A DNA stretch of 54,479 bases from Acidobacteriota bacterium (GCA_027458945.1 DAIDOU010000101.1:1-54479); one strand, 5' to 3'. Counted from the first letter of the stretch, positions 12,919 to 22,446 are shown. Numbers and translations are program-made. The notes: generated from the sequence alone by a model not told the origin.

Positions 12919-13613
12919 GTCGGCTCCTCGCCGGAGTGCACCGCCTCCGGCAGATCGAACCGGAACCCGACGCCGCGGACCGCCTCGATCCACGCCGGAT
13001 CGCCGAGTTTTTTGCGGATGGCCGCGACATGCGCATCCAGGGTCTTGGTCGTGCCATACCAGTTCATGCCCCACACGTCGCGCAGGATGTCGCCGCGGCG
13101 CAGCGCGGCGCCCGGCTCGGCCGTGAGGTAGTCGAGCAGCTCGAACTCCTTCACGGTCAAGTGCACGGGCTCCCCCGCCATGGTCACCCGGTGCGCGCGC
13201 ACGTCGAGCACGAGCGGACCGAAGGTGCGCACGGCGGAGCCGGCGGTGTCCGGCTGCGCCATGCGCCGCGCGAGGGCACGGATGCGGGCGGTGAGCTCCC
13301 GGAACCCGAAGGGCTTGACGAGGTAGTCGTCCGCACCGACCTCGAGCGCGAGCACCCGGTGGAACTCCTCGCTCCGGGCACTCACCACGATCACCGGTAC
13401 CGACGAGACGGCACGGATGCGGCGGCAGACCTCCACTCCGTCGAGGTCGGGCAGGCCGAGGTCGAGGAGCACCATGTCCGCCGCACCCGCGGCGACGGCC
13501 GCGAGCCCATCCGCGGCCGTGTCCACGCGGACGCCGTCGAACCCGGCGCGGGTCAAGGCGTCGAGGATGCCGGCCGCGATCGAGTCATCGTCCTCGATCA
13601 GGAGCACTCGCAC
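12915..13613 (-). CDS. OmpR-family response regulator
   Basis: GTG at 13611-13613 gives VRVLLIEDDD..., a receiver domain (LLDLGLPDLDG, DDYLVKPF) plus a winged-helix domain. An alternative ATG at 13715 would leave only 21 nt to the divergent gene. Confidence 0.9.
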   Translation of the reverse strand: MRVLLIEDDDSIAAGILDALTRAGFDGVRVDTAADGLAAVAAGAADMVLLDLGLPDLDGVEVCRRIRAVSSVPVIVVSARSEEFHRVLALEVGADDYLVKPFGFRELTARIRALARRMAQPDTAGSAVRTFGPLVLDVRAHRVTMAGEPVHLTVKEFELLDYLTAEPGAALRRGDILRDVWGMNWYGTTKTLDAHVAAIRKKLGDPAWIEAVRGVGFRFDLPEAVHSGEEPT

Positions 13614-13736
13614 ACCGCCATTCTCGCGGGAGTCGTCGATGCGCCGGGCGGCGGGCGTGGAACCGGCGCAGAAATTTGCCGAATCTTGGATCTTCGGGGG
13701 AACGGTCTTCACCATCGCCTGCCTAGCGTGGAGGAC

Positions 13737-14252
13737 ATGAAGAAGGCAGCGATCACCACACTGTCCGTGCTCGGCGTCGTCGGTGCGGCCGCTATCGCCA
13801 CGGCCGCCAACGCGAACACGCTCGGCGTCCTCGGCGGCACCGGCGATACCTCCTCCAACGTGGCGGTCCTGGACGTGCGCTCGCCGTTCGACGGCTCAGT
13901 CGCCGCGCCCTCCCCGTCGGCCACGCCGCATCCGACCCCGTCCGACGCCTCGCCGGCTTCCGTCGCGCCGGCGGTCACGGAGCCATCCGAGAGGCCCGCA
14001 CACTCAGCGTCACCGGAGGTGTCCCCCGCGCCGGCGGTCACAGAGCCATCCGAGAGGTCAACACACTCAGCCTCACCGACGGCATCCCCCACGGCATCGC
14101 CGGTCTCGCCGGCACCGGTTCACGCGACGACGAGCGGATCCGGCCAGTCCGCGGTGAGCGGCGGCGACGAGACTGAGAACGAGACGTCAAGTGACGGAGC
14201 CTCCGAGCCCGCCGGTGATTCGGGCAGCACCGGCGGCCAGGCCGATGACTGA
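13737..14252 (+). CDS. Small secreted or membrane-anchored low-complexity (Pro/Ser/Ala, acidic C-terminus) protein
   Basis: ATG at 13737 after GGAGGA. N-terminal hydrophobic signal MKKAAITTLSVLGVVGAAAIATAA. Two 21-aa repeats. C-terminal VHATTSGSG motif followed by an acidic tail. Confidence 0.6.
   Translation: MKKAAITTLSVLGVVGAAAIATAANANTLGVLGGTGDTSSNVAVLDVRSPFDGSVAAPSPSATPHPTPSDASPASVAPAVTEPSERPAHSASPEVSPAPAVTEPSERSTHSASPTASPTASPVSPAPVHATTSGSGQSAVSGGDETENETSSDGASEPAGDSGSTGGQADD
13965..14090 (+). repeat. 2 x 63-bp in-frame tandem repeat
   Basis: Encodes APAVTEPSERPAHSASPEVSP / APAVTEPSERSTHSASPTASP. The copies start at 13965 and 14028. Confidence 0.85.
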
Positions 14253-14760
14253 TCGGCGGGACCCGGGGCGGGTCGCGCGCGCGATCGTGAACACCGCGTC
14301 GCTCGCGGCCTTCGGCGGCATTCTGGGCGGATTCCTCCTCCTGCCCCAGGGGACGGCCGCGGCCTCGGCAGGCCTAGCAGCACCGGCTGCGCCGCAAAGC
14401 CCGGCCTCGACCGCACCGGCCTCGACCGCACCGGCCTCCGCTGCAGCGCCGACCCCGGCCAATCCATCGCCGACGGCCTCGACCCTCCCGACGCCTCCGG
14501 TCTCGGCGAGCCGAGCGCCCTCCGCCGCCGCGAACCCCGCACCCGCGGCGGCGCCATCCGCGGCGTCGGCTCCGAAACCGGCACCACGACCCGCGGCGAG
14601 CGCGTCTCCGACGACGAAGAAACCCGCCCCGCAGCCGGCGAAGACCACGGCACCCGCCCCTGCCCCGTCGTCGCACCCGGCGCCTGTCCCGGCCCCTCCA
14701 GCACCAGTCCCAGCCCCTCCGGCACCCGTCCAGGCGACCACCTCCGGATCAGGAGGCTGA
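14245..14760 (+). CDS. Membrane-anchored Pro/Ala-rich low-complexity protein
   Basis: ATG at 14245 overlaps the upstream stop (ATGACTGA). Arg-rich N-terminus, TM segment ASLAAFGGILGGFLLL, then a PA-rich region ending VQATTSGSGG. The stop is 1 nt before the apbE ATG. Confidence 0.55.
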   Translation: MTDRRDPGRVARAIVNTASLAAFGGILGGFLLLPQGTAAASAGLAAPAAPQSPASTAPASTAPASAAAPTPANPSPTASTLPTPPVSASRAPSAAANPAPAAAPSAASAPKPAPRPAASASPTTKKPAPQPAKTTAPAPAPSSHPAPVPAPPAPVPAPPAPVQATTSGSGG

Positions 14761-14761
14761 G

Positions 14762-15703
14762 ATGGCGACGAGCGGCGTCGCTGCACCGACCGGCGCCCGC
14801 GGCACGGCGGTGAGCGCGGAGACGATGGCGATGGGCAACCGGTTCGTCATGACCGTGGTGGATGCCGACGACGATGTCGCGAACGGCGCACTCGCGCTCG
14901 CCCGACGGCTCGATGCGCTCTGGAGCCGGTTCCGCGCCGACAGCGACATCACCGCTCTCAATCTCGCCGAGGGCGAGCCGCGTCGTGTGGACCCGCTCAC
15001 GTCCCTGCTGATCCGCGAGATGCTCGAGGCCCACCAGCGCACCGGCGGCGACTACGATCCGACACTGCTCCCGACGCTCGTCGAGGGCTACCGCTCGTCG
15101 CGCCTCGACCCGACGCTGAGCACCCTCCTGCCCGCTTCCGCCCGCGCACCGGGCGACCTGACAGGGGTGCGCATCGGCGACGACACGGTCGCGCTGCCCC
15201 GGGGCACGACCCTCGACCCGGGCGGGATCGGGAAGGGACTCGCCGCCGACCTCGCCGTCCGATACGCCCTCGACCGCGGGGCGGAAGGGGCCCTCGCCCA
15301 GTTCGGCGGCGATGTGGCGGCCGCCGGCAGGGCACCCGACGGCATCGCATGGCGCATCGGCGTGGAGGACCCGTTCCACCCGACGGAGCACTGCGATATC
15401 GTCCGCCTCGTCACCGGCGGGGTCGCGACCTCCAGCACGCGCCGACTCCGCTGGAACACCCTAGGAGGCGGCTCCGCGCACCACCTCATCGACCCGCGCA
15501 CTGCGGCGAGCATCCCCACCGACATCCAGACCGTCACCGTCATCGCCGCCAGCGGGGCGCGGGCCGAATCACTCACCAAGTCCGGATTCCTGCGCCCGCT
15601 CGCCGACTATCTCGCCTGGCTGCCGACGCAGGGCGCCGCCGGGCTCGCCATCACGGCGGAGGGCGCGATGCACGCCTCACCGAACTGGAGCACCTACCGG
15701 TGA
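14762..15703 (+). CDS. apbE: FAD:protein FMN transferase (ApbE family)
   Basis: 313 aa with an ApbE-like core (TTLDPGGIGKGLAADL, HHLIDPRT). Confidence 0.85.
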   Translation: MATSGVAAPTGARGTAVSAETMAMGNRFVMTVVDADDDVANGALALARRLDALWSRFRADSDITALNLAEGEPRRVDPLTSLLIREMLEAHQRTGGDYDPTLLPTLVEGYRSSRLDPTLSTLLPASARAPGDLTGVRIGDDTVALPRGTTLDPGGIGKGLAADLAVRYALDRGAEGALAQFGGDVAAAGRAPDGIAWRIGVEDPFHPTEHCDIVRLVTGGVATSSTRRLRWNTLGGGSAHHLIDPRTAASIPTDIQTVTVIAASGARAESLTKSGFLRPLADYLAWLPTQGAAGLAITAEGAMHASPNWSTYR

Positions 15704-17217
15704 CCGATCCGCATCTCTGGTGGTACGTATCCCGATCCGCCGCCATCGTGGCCTGGACGCTGCTGACGCTGACGACCCTGTGGGGCATCCTGCTGTCCAC
15801 CCGCGTCCTTCGGGTCGCCGACAACCCCGCGTGGCTGCGGACCCTGCACGCCCACCTCAGCGGGATCGCCCTCCTCATGACCTTCATCCATGTGGGCTCG
15901 CTGCTGCTGGACCCGTACCTGCGCTCCCAGGGCTTCGGGATCGCCGCCGCACTGGTGCCGCTCTCATCGCACTATGCGCCGCTGCCGCTCTCCCTGGGCA
16001 TCGTGGCGCTCTACCTCATGGCCGCCGTCGGGCTCTCCTCGCTCGCCATGCGCCTCCTCCCCCGCCGCCTATGGAAGGGCCTCCACTTCGCGAGCTACGC
16101 CATCGTCGTGCTCGTCGCCTTCCACGCCGCAACGGCCGGAACCGATACCGGCACCGGGTGGTACATCTCGCTGTCCACCGCCGTCATCGTGGCGACGGCG
16201 ATGGCGGTCATCGTGAGGCAGTTCGTGGGCTCGGCCGCAGCCCAGCGGCGCCGGAGCGCGGCGAAGACGCGCCAGAGCGCGGTACGCGAGCGAATACCCG
16301 TCCGGGTGGCCGCGCTGCGCCAGCGGGCGGAGGATGTGCGCGGCGTCCGCCTCGTGCCACTGACCGACGATCCGCTGCCGCCGTGGACGCCCGGAGCGCA
16401 CATCACCGTCCACCTCCCGAACGGCCTGGAACGGCGCTACTCGCTCTGCGGCGACCCGGCGGAGCGACACTCCTACGACATCGCCGTCGCCCGCTCGCCC
16501 GACTCCGCAGGCGGAAGCCGGTTCATCCACGACTGGCTCGTCGCCGGCCAGATGCTGGAAATCGATCCGCCGCGCAACAACTTCCCCCTTGACGCAGCCC
16601 CGGACTACCTGTTCGTCGCCGGCGGCATCGGCATCACGCCGATCATGGCGATGATCGCCTCACTTCCCGCGTCGCGGAACTGGGAGCTGCTCTACATCGG
16701 CCGGACCCGCTCGAGGATGGCCTTCGCAGAGTCGCTCGCGGCGCGCTACCCGGGCAGAGTCACGATCTACGCGCGGGACGAGCACACCGAGCGGCTCCCT
16801 GTGGCGGACCTCGCGGCGCACAGCACCGCCCAGGTCTACGCCTGCGGCCCGGCCGGTCTTCTCGACGCGCTCGCCGCGGTCGTGCCGGCTGGACGACTCC
16901 ATCTCGAGCGGTTCGTGCCCGTCGACCGGCGGGCCGGCCTGCGCCCGAGCCCGGTGCAGGTCGAGCTCGCGGGCGTCGGCTCGTTCCGCGTTCCGGCCAA
17001 CCGCAGCATCCTCGACGTGCTGGAGGCCGCCGGGGCGCCCATCGCGGGCTCCTGCCGCGAAGGCGTATGCGGCGCCTGCGAGCTGCGGGTGCTCGACGGA
17101 ACGCCGCTCCACCTCGACTCGGTGCTCGGCGACGCCGAGAAGGATGCCGCGCGGGTCATGTACCCGTGCGTCTCGCGCTCCGTCACTGATCGCCTGGTCG
17201 TCGATCTCGTCGACTGA
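15700..17217 (+). CDS. Fusion of a ferric-reductase-like transmembrane domain, an FNR-like flavin/NAD domain and a 2Fe-2S ferredoxin (PDR-type)
   Basis: GTG at 15700 overlaps the apbE stop (GTGA). About 6 TM helices with conserved His (LHAHLSG, LHFASY), then RRYSLCG, GGIGITP and a C-terminal CREGVCGACE cluster motif. Confidence 0.8.
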   Translation: MTDPHLWWYVSRSAAIVAWTLLTLTTLWGILLSTRVLRVADNPAWLRTLHAHLSGIALLMTFIHVGSLLLDPYLRSQGFGIAAALVPLSSHYAPLPLSLGIVALYLMAAVGLSSLAMRLLPRRLWKGLHFASYAIVVLVAFHAATAGTDTGTGWYISLSTAVIVATAMAVIVRQFVGSAAAQRRRSAAKTRQSAVRERIPVRVAALRQRAEDVRGVRLVPLTDDPLPPWTPGAHITVHLPNGLERRYSLCGDPAERHSYDIAVARSPDSAGGSRFIHDWLVAGQMLEIDPPRNNFPLDAAPDYLFVAGGIGITPIMAMIASLPASRNWELLYIGRTRSRMAFAESLAARYPGRVTIYARDEHTERLPVADLAAHSTAQVYACGPAGLLDALAAVVPAGRLHLERFVPVDRRAGLRPSPVQVELAGVGSFRVPANRSILDVLEAAGAPIAGSCREGVCGACELRVLDGTPLHLDSVLGDAEKDAARVMYPCVSRSVTDRLVVDLVD

Positions 17218-18508
17218 GGTCGGGACGGATCCACGTCGACGGCGACGGCGGACGCATCGCGGCCAGGAGTGCGTCGAGCTCGACCGAGACGACCCGGATG
17301 CGCGCGTCGTCGACACCGTGGGGAATCCACAGCACGCCGTCGTGGACGATTCCGCCGCAACTGTAGACGACGTTCGGAACGTAGCCGCCGCCGTCCGATC
17401 CGGACGGCTCGACGAGCGGGCCGGGAAGCACGCCGATGACGTGGGACGGGTCGGCCAACTCCAGCAGGATCGCGCCGATGCTGTAGACGCGCATCGGCGC
17501 GACGCCGTGCGTGAGGACGAGCCATCCGGCCGCCGTCTCGATCGGCGGCCCGCAGTTGCCGCTCTGAACGACCTCCCAGAGTGCGTCGGGGCCGTGCAGC
17601 GGCTCCTCGGTGCTCCAGTCGAGCCCGTCCGGCGAGCGGGCGAGGCCGAGGGATTCCCCGTCCGTGCGGCCGAGCGCGAGATGCATCCCGCCGACGAGGC
17701 GCGGGAACAGCGCCATGCCCTTCGTCCACGCCGGAGGACCGGTCAGGCTGCGGACGGCGAACTCGCGGAAGTCGGTCGTCGTCAGGAGCTTCGAGGCGAT
17801 CGAGCCGCCGTCGTAGGCCGTGAAGGTGCCCCGGTACTCGCGCCCGCCGTCGTGCTCGAAGGCGACGAGGCGGACGTCCTCGATTCCGTGGCTCTCCTCG
17901 TCGGTGACGGGGAACAGCACCCGCGTGCTGAGGCCACTGGTCGGGTCGAAGACCGCCCGGTAGGACGAGTCGGCGTCGGCGCTGACGACGGCGCGGCTGA
18001 GCGGGGCCTGGCGGGGAAGGAACTCCCAGCGGCGACCCGGGCCGATCACCGCCTCGCAGAACTGGACCGAGGAGAGGTGCGGCTCGCCGATCGAGCGCAG
18101 CGACAGCATCACCCGGAGCTGGCCGGGGGCGAGCCCGCTCTGATCCGGGTGGGCGACGGCGCTCGGATTGCACAGCGCCGTGCCCTCCACCGAGTACTCG
18201 GCGGTGAAGGCCGCGCCCACGACGATCGCCATGTCGTCGTCGAGGTCCGGCGCGCCGGGCGCGCGCACCGCGGCGGCGTTCGCGCGCAGCGTCGCGACGA
18301 GGCCGTCGTGGCGGGCGCCGAAGCGGTCGAGGATGGACCACGCCTCGGCCGCGATCGCATCCGGCGACGTCGCCAGCACGCGCGCGAGCACGCCCTCGGT
18401 GCGCGGTTCGCCGCCAGGGGTGCTCTCGCCCGGCAGGAAGAGGCGGGCGATGGCCCGTCCAGGGTCCGGGGCGAGCTCGACTCCGGCGTCCGTGGCGAGG
18501 ATGCTCAT
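17183..18508 (-). CDS. GH130-like glycosidase / glycoside phosphorylase (beta-propeller)
   Basis: 441 aa from the ATG at 18506-18508, with an ATGA overlap with the upstream gene. C-terminal half typical of GH130-type proteins (FPRLVGG..., NCGPPIETAAGWLVLTHGV, YSIGAILLEL, VPNVVYSCG). Confidence 0.7.
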   Translation of the reverse strand: MSILATDAGVELAPDPGRAIARLFLPGESTPGGEPRTEGVLARVLATSPDAIAAEAWSILDRFGARHDGLVATLRANAAAVRAPGAPDLDDDMAIVVGAAFTAEYSVEGTALCNPSAVAHPDQSGLAPGQLRVMLSLRSIGEPHLSSVQFCEAVIGPGRRWEFLPRQAPLSRAVVSADADSSYRAVFDPTSGLSTRVLFPVTDEESHGIEDVRLVAFEHDGGREYRGTFTAYDGGSIASKLLTTTDFREFAVRSLTGPPAWTKGMALFPRLVGGMHLALGRTDGESLGLARSPDGLDWSTEEPLHGPDALWEVVQSGNCGPPIETAAGWLVLTHGVAPMRVYSIGAILLELADPSHVIGVLPGPLVEPSGSDGGGYVPNVVYSCGGIVHDGVLWIPHGVDDARIRVVSVELDALLAAMRPPSPSTWIRPDLSRRDRRPGDQ

Positions 18509-19536
18509 GCGAGCCGTCGGGCCGCCAGGCGGGCGTCCTGGTTCGCGCTGATCGCGGCCAGCGTGGACTCCGCGCCGCAGTTCTCGTTGCGCCCGCCGGG
18601 CTCGAGACCGTCGTATCCGGCCCCGGTGGCGAGATCGACCATCACCGTGCCGGCATCGTTGTCGCCGGTGAACCAGGCCCAGGCCCTCAGCGTCTCGCGC
18701 GCCCAGTGGGCCTCGCCCGTGACGGCGAGCGCTGCGACGCAGGCATCGGCGAGCGCCGCCGCCTCGATCGGCTGCTGGTCCCAGAGCGGCCCGGGCTCGC
18801 CGGCGCCGCGTCCGTCCGTGCCCGCCAGAGACAGATGCCCGGACGGGCTCGTCTCGATGGCGAGCAGGGCGGTGAGGAGGGCGATCCCGTCCGCGACGGT
18901 CCCGTCCTCGCCGAGCGCATCGCCGCCGACGATGAGCGCGCGGCACAGCGCCGCGTTCGCGTAGCGCAGCCTCGGCTCGGGCCATCCCCAGTCGGCGAGC
19001 GGGTGGCGGGGAATGCGGGCGAGGCAGTCGACGAGCAGGAGCCTGGCCGCGGCCAGGTGCGGCAGGGCCGCGAGCACGTCGGCGGCGCCGACGGCGGCGA
19101 ACGCCGAGGCGCGGACGTCCGTCGACGAGCGCCCCGCAGCGCGGAGGAAGGCGCGCAGCGCGCGAGCCCGGTCGCCCGCGCTGGGCGCGTACCTCACCAT
19201 CGCGCCGAGGCCGGCGACGGCGCGCCCCCACCAGTCGTCGGTCGAGGGCTGATCGGTCCAGTCGCCGGCCGGCGACATCCGGTTGTGGACGGCGCCGTTC
19301 GCCGTGACGGCCCGCTCGAGGAACGCGAGGTACACGCCGGCGAGGCCGACGAGCTCCGCCGTGCGCTCGGGCTCGCGCACGACCGCCGTCAGCGCGCGGG
19401 CGACGTCGTCGGTGCAGTAGCCGTGCCCGATACGCGGCGCACGATGGTCGGCGTGCTCGTAGATGCCGTGGCTGCCGGTCATGGCGGCCACATGACTGTA
19501 GGGCAGCGGCGCGATGGCCGTCTCGACGACGGTCAT
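18505..19536 (-). CDS. Conserved hypothetical protein, probably an (alpha/alpha)-barrel glycan-related protein
   Basis: 343 aa, translationally coupled on both sides (overlaps at 19533-19536 and 18505-18508). Helix-rich with Trp/Asp motifs. No firm family assignment from sequence alone. Confidence 0.55.
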   Translation of the reverse strand: MTVVETAIAPLPYSHVAAMTGSHGIYEHADHRAPRIGHGYCTDDVARALTAVVREPERTAELVGLAGVYLAFLERAVTANGAVHNRMSPAGDWTDQPSTDDWWGRAVAGLGAMVRYAPSAGDRARALRAFLRAAGRSSTDVRASAFAAVGAADVLAALPHLAAARLLLVDCLARIPRHPLADWGWPEPRLRYANAALCRALIVGGDALGEDGTVADGIALLTALLAIETSPSGHLSLAGTDGRGAGEPGPLWDQQPIEAAALADACVAALAVTGEAHWARETLRAWAWFTGDNDAGTVMVDLATGAGYDGLEPGGRNENCGAESTLAAISANQDARLAARRLA

Positions 19537-20681
19537 CGGGGAACGCGGTCGACGACGGCGAGCTCCGCGGCGAGTTCGCGGTAGCGTTCTGCGACGGTCT
19601 CCCAGCTGTTCGCCCGGGCGGATTCCAGGGCGCGGGCCGCGGCGGCCAGCGCATGGCGCGGATCGCGCAGCACGGTGCGGATCGCCGCGGCGATCTGGTC
19701 CGGGCGCTGATGGTCGACGAGCATGCCGCCGCCCCCCGCGAGCACCTCGATCGCGTGCGGGAACCGGGTCGCGATGACGAGCTTGCCGGCCGCGGCGGCC
19801 TCCGCCAGGACCCCGGACGTCGCCTGCTCGCGAGAGTCATAGGGCAGCAGCACGATGTCGGCGGCCGCGACCTCGGCGGCGAGCTCCGCCGTCTCGCGAT
19901 ACCGTCCGTCGATCTCGACGTCGTCGGCCAGAGCGAGCTCGTCGACGAGCGCCAGCAGGGAGCGCCGGTACCGCTGGCCCTCCTCCAGCACGACCTTGGG
20001 ATGGGTCTGCCCGAGCACGCGGTACAGCGGCGCCGGCGTCAGGTCGCCGAGCTCGGCGAGCGCGCGGATGCCCCACTCGATGCCCTTTCCCGGGCCGATC
20101 AGACCCCACGTCAGGATCACCGGGCGCGGAGACTCGCGCACCGCCGTCGCCGACGCCCACGGCCCGACGCCGTGCGGGATGAGGTGCAGCTTCGCCGGCG
20201 GGACCGCGTACTCGTCGGCGAGCAGCGCGAACGCCGTCGCCGTCATGGCCACGACCGCGCCGGCGAGCGCCGCGATGCCCGCGGTGACCTCCCGCTGATG
20301 AGGGGTCGGCGTCGCGAGCACGGTGTGCATCACCACGATGCTGGGCCGGCGCAGGCGGGCGAGCACGTCGAGGATCTCGTCGCCATCGGGTCCGCCGTAG
20401 ATGCCGTACTCGTGCTGCACGATGACGACATCGGAGGCGTGGAGCATGTCGGCCGCGCGCGCCCGGCTGGCGTCGTCGTCGGGGCGCAGCACGCTCCCGA
20501 TCCGCAGCCCGGGCCCCGGAAGGGACGGGCCCGCGGGGACGAGGTCATCGACGCGCACGATGATCGACTCGTCGTCCTCGACGGCCGCGATGGTCGAAGC
20601 GAGGGCCTCGGTGAAGGTGGCGAGCCCGCACCGCGTCGGCGGGTAGGTGCTCAGGTATCCGAACCGGGTCATCGACCGCAT
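19533..20681 (-). CDS. GT4-family glycosyltransferase
   Basis: 382 aa. N-terminal YPPTRCGLATF and a C-terminal GT-B E(x7)E-type region (LLPYDSREQATSGVLAEAAAAG). An alternative ATG lies at 20672. Confidence 0.8.
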   Translation of the reverse strand: MRSMTRFGYLSTYPPTRCGLATFTEALASTIAAVEDDESIIVRVDDLVPAGPSLPGPGLRIGSVLRPDDDASRARAADMLHASDVVIVQHEYGIYGGPDGDEILDVLARLRRPSIVVMHTVLATPTPHQREVTAGIAALAGAVVAMTATAFALLADEYAVPPAKLHLIPHGVGPWASATAVRESPRPVILTWGLIGPGKGIEWGIRALAELGDLTPAPLYRVLGQTHPKVVLEEGQRYRRSLLALVDELALADDVEIDGRYRETAELAAEVAAADIVLLPYDSREQATSGVLAEAAAAGKLVIATRFPHAIEVLAGGGGMLVDHQRPDQIAAAIRTVLRDPRHALAAAARALESARANSWETVAERYRELAAELAVVDRVPR

Positions 20682-20971
20682 CCGTCCGTTACGGCCTGCG
20701 CCGAGGCACCGGGCCGATGGCGAGACGTCTGCCGGACGGCACCTCCCGTGGAATCACAGCGTGATCCGGTCGACGACGACCGAGCGGAACTGCTGCGATC
20801 CGGCCGTCGCAGGTAGTGCGAGCATACGCCCGCCGCCTGCACGCGGCCTGGGCGCCGAGCGAGCGCTTGACCCGACCGGAGCAGGCCCATCGGGCTAGAT
20901 TGGGTGCGCAGGACGGTGTGCCGGGAAGTCTGGTCGGCGATGACTCGCTGACGCCACAGAAGGGTACGCCG

Positions 20972-22435
20972 ATGGAGAACGAAACGTTCGCGCTGACCGT
21001 CCTGATCGGCGCTGCGGTGGTGGTCGCCGCCGTGTTCTCGAACCGGCTCACCCGCCTGCTGCGGATCCCGACCCCGGCGCTCTTCCTGATTCTCGCCGCC
21101 ATCGCCGCGCTGTTCCTTCCCCCGTTCACCGCCGACAACCGCATCGTCGACGAACGGGTCGTGAGCATCGCCCTCGTGGTCATCCTCTTCGACGGCGGGA
21201 TGCACATCGGCTGGAGCCGATTCCGGGCGGCCCTGGGACCGATCGCCTGGATAGGCATCGCCGGCACCGCGGTCACGGCCGGCGCGATCGCCGTCGCCGC
21301 GCACTTCCTGTTCGGGTTCGAATGGCAGAGTTCGCTCCTCCTCGGTGCGGCTCTCTCCCCTACCGATCCCGCTGTCGTGTTCTCCGTGCTCGCCGGCCGC
21401 GAGATCTCCGGCCGCTCGGGCACGATCCTCGAGGGCGAGTCGGGTGCCAACGATCCGGTCGGGATCGCGTTGATGCTCAGCCTGCTCAGCGTCGGCGGAG
21501 CCGGACTCGACTCGGTGGGGACCGGCGTGGCGACCTTCGTGCTCCAGTTGGCGATCGGGGCGGCAGTGGGCATCGCCGGCGGCCTCGTCCTCGCCTGGGT
21601 CATGCGCCGGGTGCGCCTGCCGGACGAGGCTCTGGCCTCCGTCTTCACCGTGGCCGCCGCGGTGCTGCTCTACGCGGTCGGCACGGCGCTGCAGGGATCG
21701 GGCTTCCTTGCGGCGTTCATCGCCGGCATCCTGGTCGGCGACGTGCGCGCACCCTACAAACGCGAATCCGAGCGATTCAGCTCGGGGCTGGCGAGTCTGG
21801 CCGAGATCACCGTGTTCGTCCTGCTCGGTCTCAGCGTCCGGCTGCGCGACGTGCTCCGGCCGGAACTGCTCCTCACCGGGCTGGCGATCGCCGGGCTGCT
21901 GATCTTCGTCATCCGCCCGGTGTTCGTCGGCCTGCTCACCCTTCCGATCCGGCTCAAACGCGGCGAACGCGCCTTCATCCTCTGGGCCGGGCTCAAGGGT
22001 GCCGTCCCGATCCTGCTCGGCATGTTCATCCTCGAATCGGGCGCGCCGGGCGCCGCCGAGCTGTACGCCATCGTCTTCATCGTCGTGCTCGCCTCGGTTC
22101 TGCTCCAAGGCGGGCTCGTGCCGCTCTTCGCGAAACTGCTCCGGGTGCCGATGCGCATCGTGGAGGCGCGGCCGTGGTCCCTCGACGTGAAGTTCGCCGA
22201 CGAACCGGAAGGCCTGCGCCGTCACGTGGTGGCCGCCGGCTCGCCGGCGGACGGAAGCACGGTCGCCGAGATCTCCACCGGTGACGACGACTGGATCAGT
22301 CTCATCAGCCGCGCCGGGCGCAACATCCCGGTCCGCAACAGCACCCGCCTGCACGCCGGAGACGTCGTGCTCACCCAGGTCGACGGCGAAGAACGGCTGG
22401 CATCCCGATTCGACGCCCCGGCCTCACCGCAATAG
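20972..22435 (+). CDS. Cation:proton antiporter (CPA1/NhaP-type) with a C-terminal TrkA-C/RCK_C domain
   Basis: ATG at 20972 (MENETFALTVLIG...). About 12 TM helices, ESGANDP motif, and a soluble C-terminal RCK_C-like domain. Confidence 0.85.
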   Translation: MENETFALTVLIGAAVVVAAVFSNRLTRLLRIPTPALFLILAAIAALFLPPFTADNRIVDERVVSIALVVILFDGGMHIGWSRFRAALGPIAWIGIAGTAVTAGAIAVAAHFLFGFEWQSSLLLGAALSPTDPAVVFSVLAGREISGRSGTILEGESGANDPVGIALMLSLLSVGGAGLDSVGTGVATFVLQLAIGAAVGIAGGLVLAWVMRRVRLPDEALASVFTVAAAVLLYAVGTALQGSGFLAAFIAGILVGDVRAPYKRESERFSSGLASLAEITVFVLLGLSVRLRDVLRPELLLTGLAIAGLLIFVIRPVFVGLLTLPIRLKRGERAFILWAGLKGAVPILLGMFILESGAPGAAELYAIVFIVVLASVLLQGGLVPLFAKLLRVPMRIVEARPWSLDVKFADEPEGLRRHVVAAGSPADGSTVAEISTGDDDWISLISRAGRNIPVRNSTRLHAGDVVLTQVDGEERLASRFDAPASPQ

Positions 22436-22446
22436 CGTCGTCACGG

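Noticed and set aside
12936-13736. Upstream 267 codons of the 438-aa ORF 12936-14252
   Set aside because: This part is antisense to the response-regulator gene and is Arg/Asp/His-rich. A convincing start (ATG at 13737 with a GGAGGA RBS and a signal peptide) exists, so only 13737-14252 is called.
14115-14147. Canonical ApbE flavinylation motif in the low-complexity proteins
   Set aside because: TTSGSG does not fit the established [S/T]GA[S/T] pattern, with G where the modified Thr/Ser is expected. It is kept only as a speculative non-canonical tag in the findings and is not annotated as a site.
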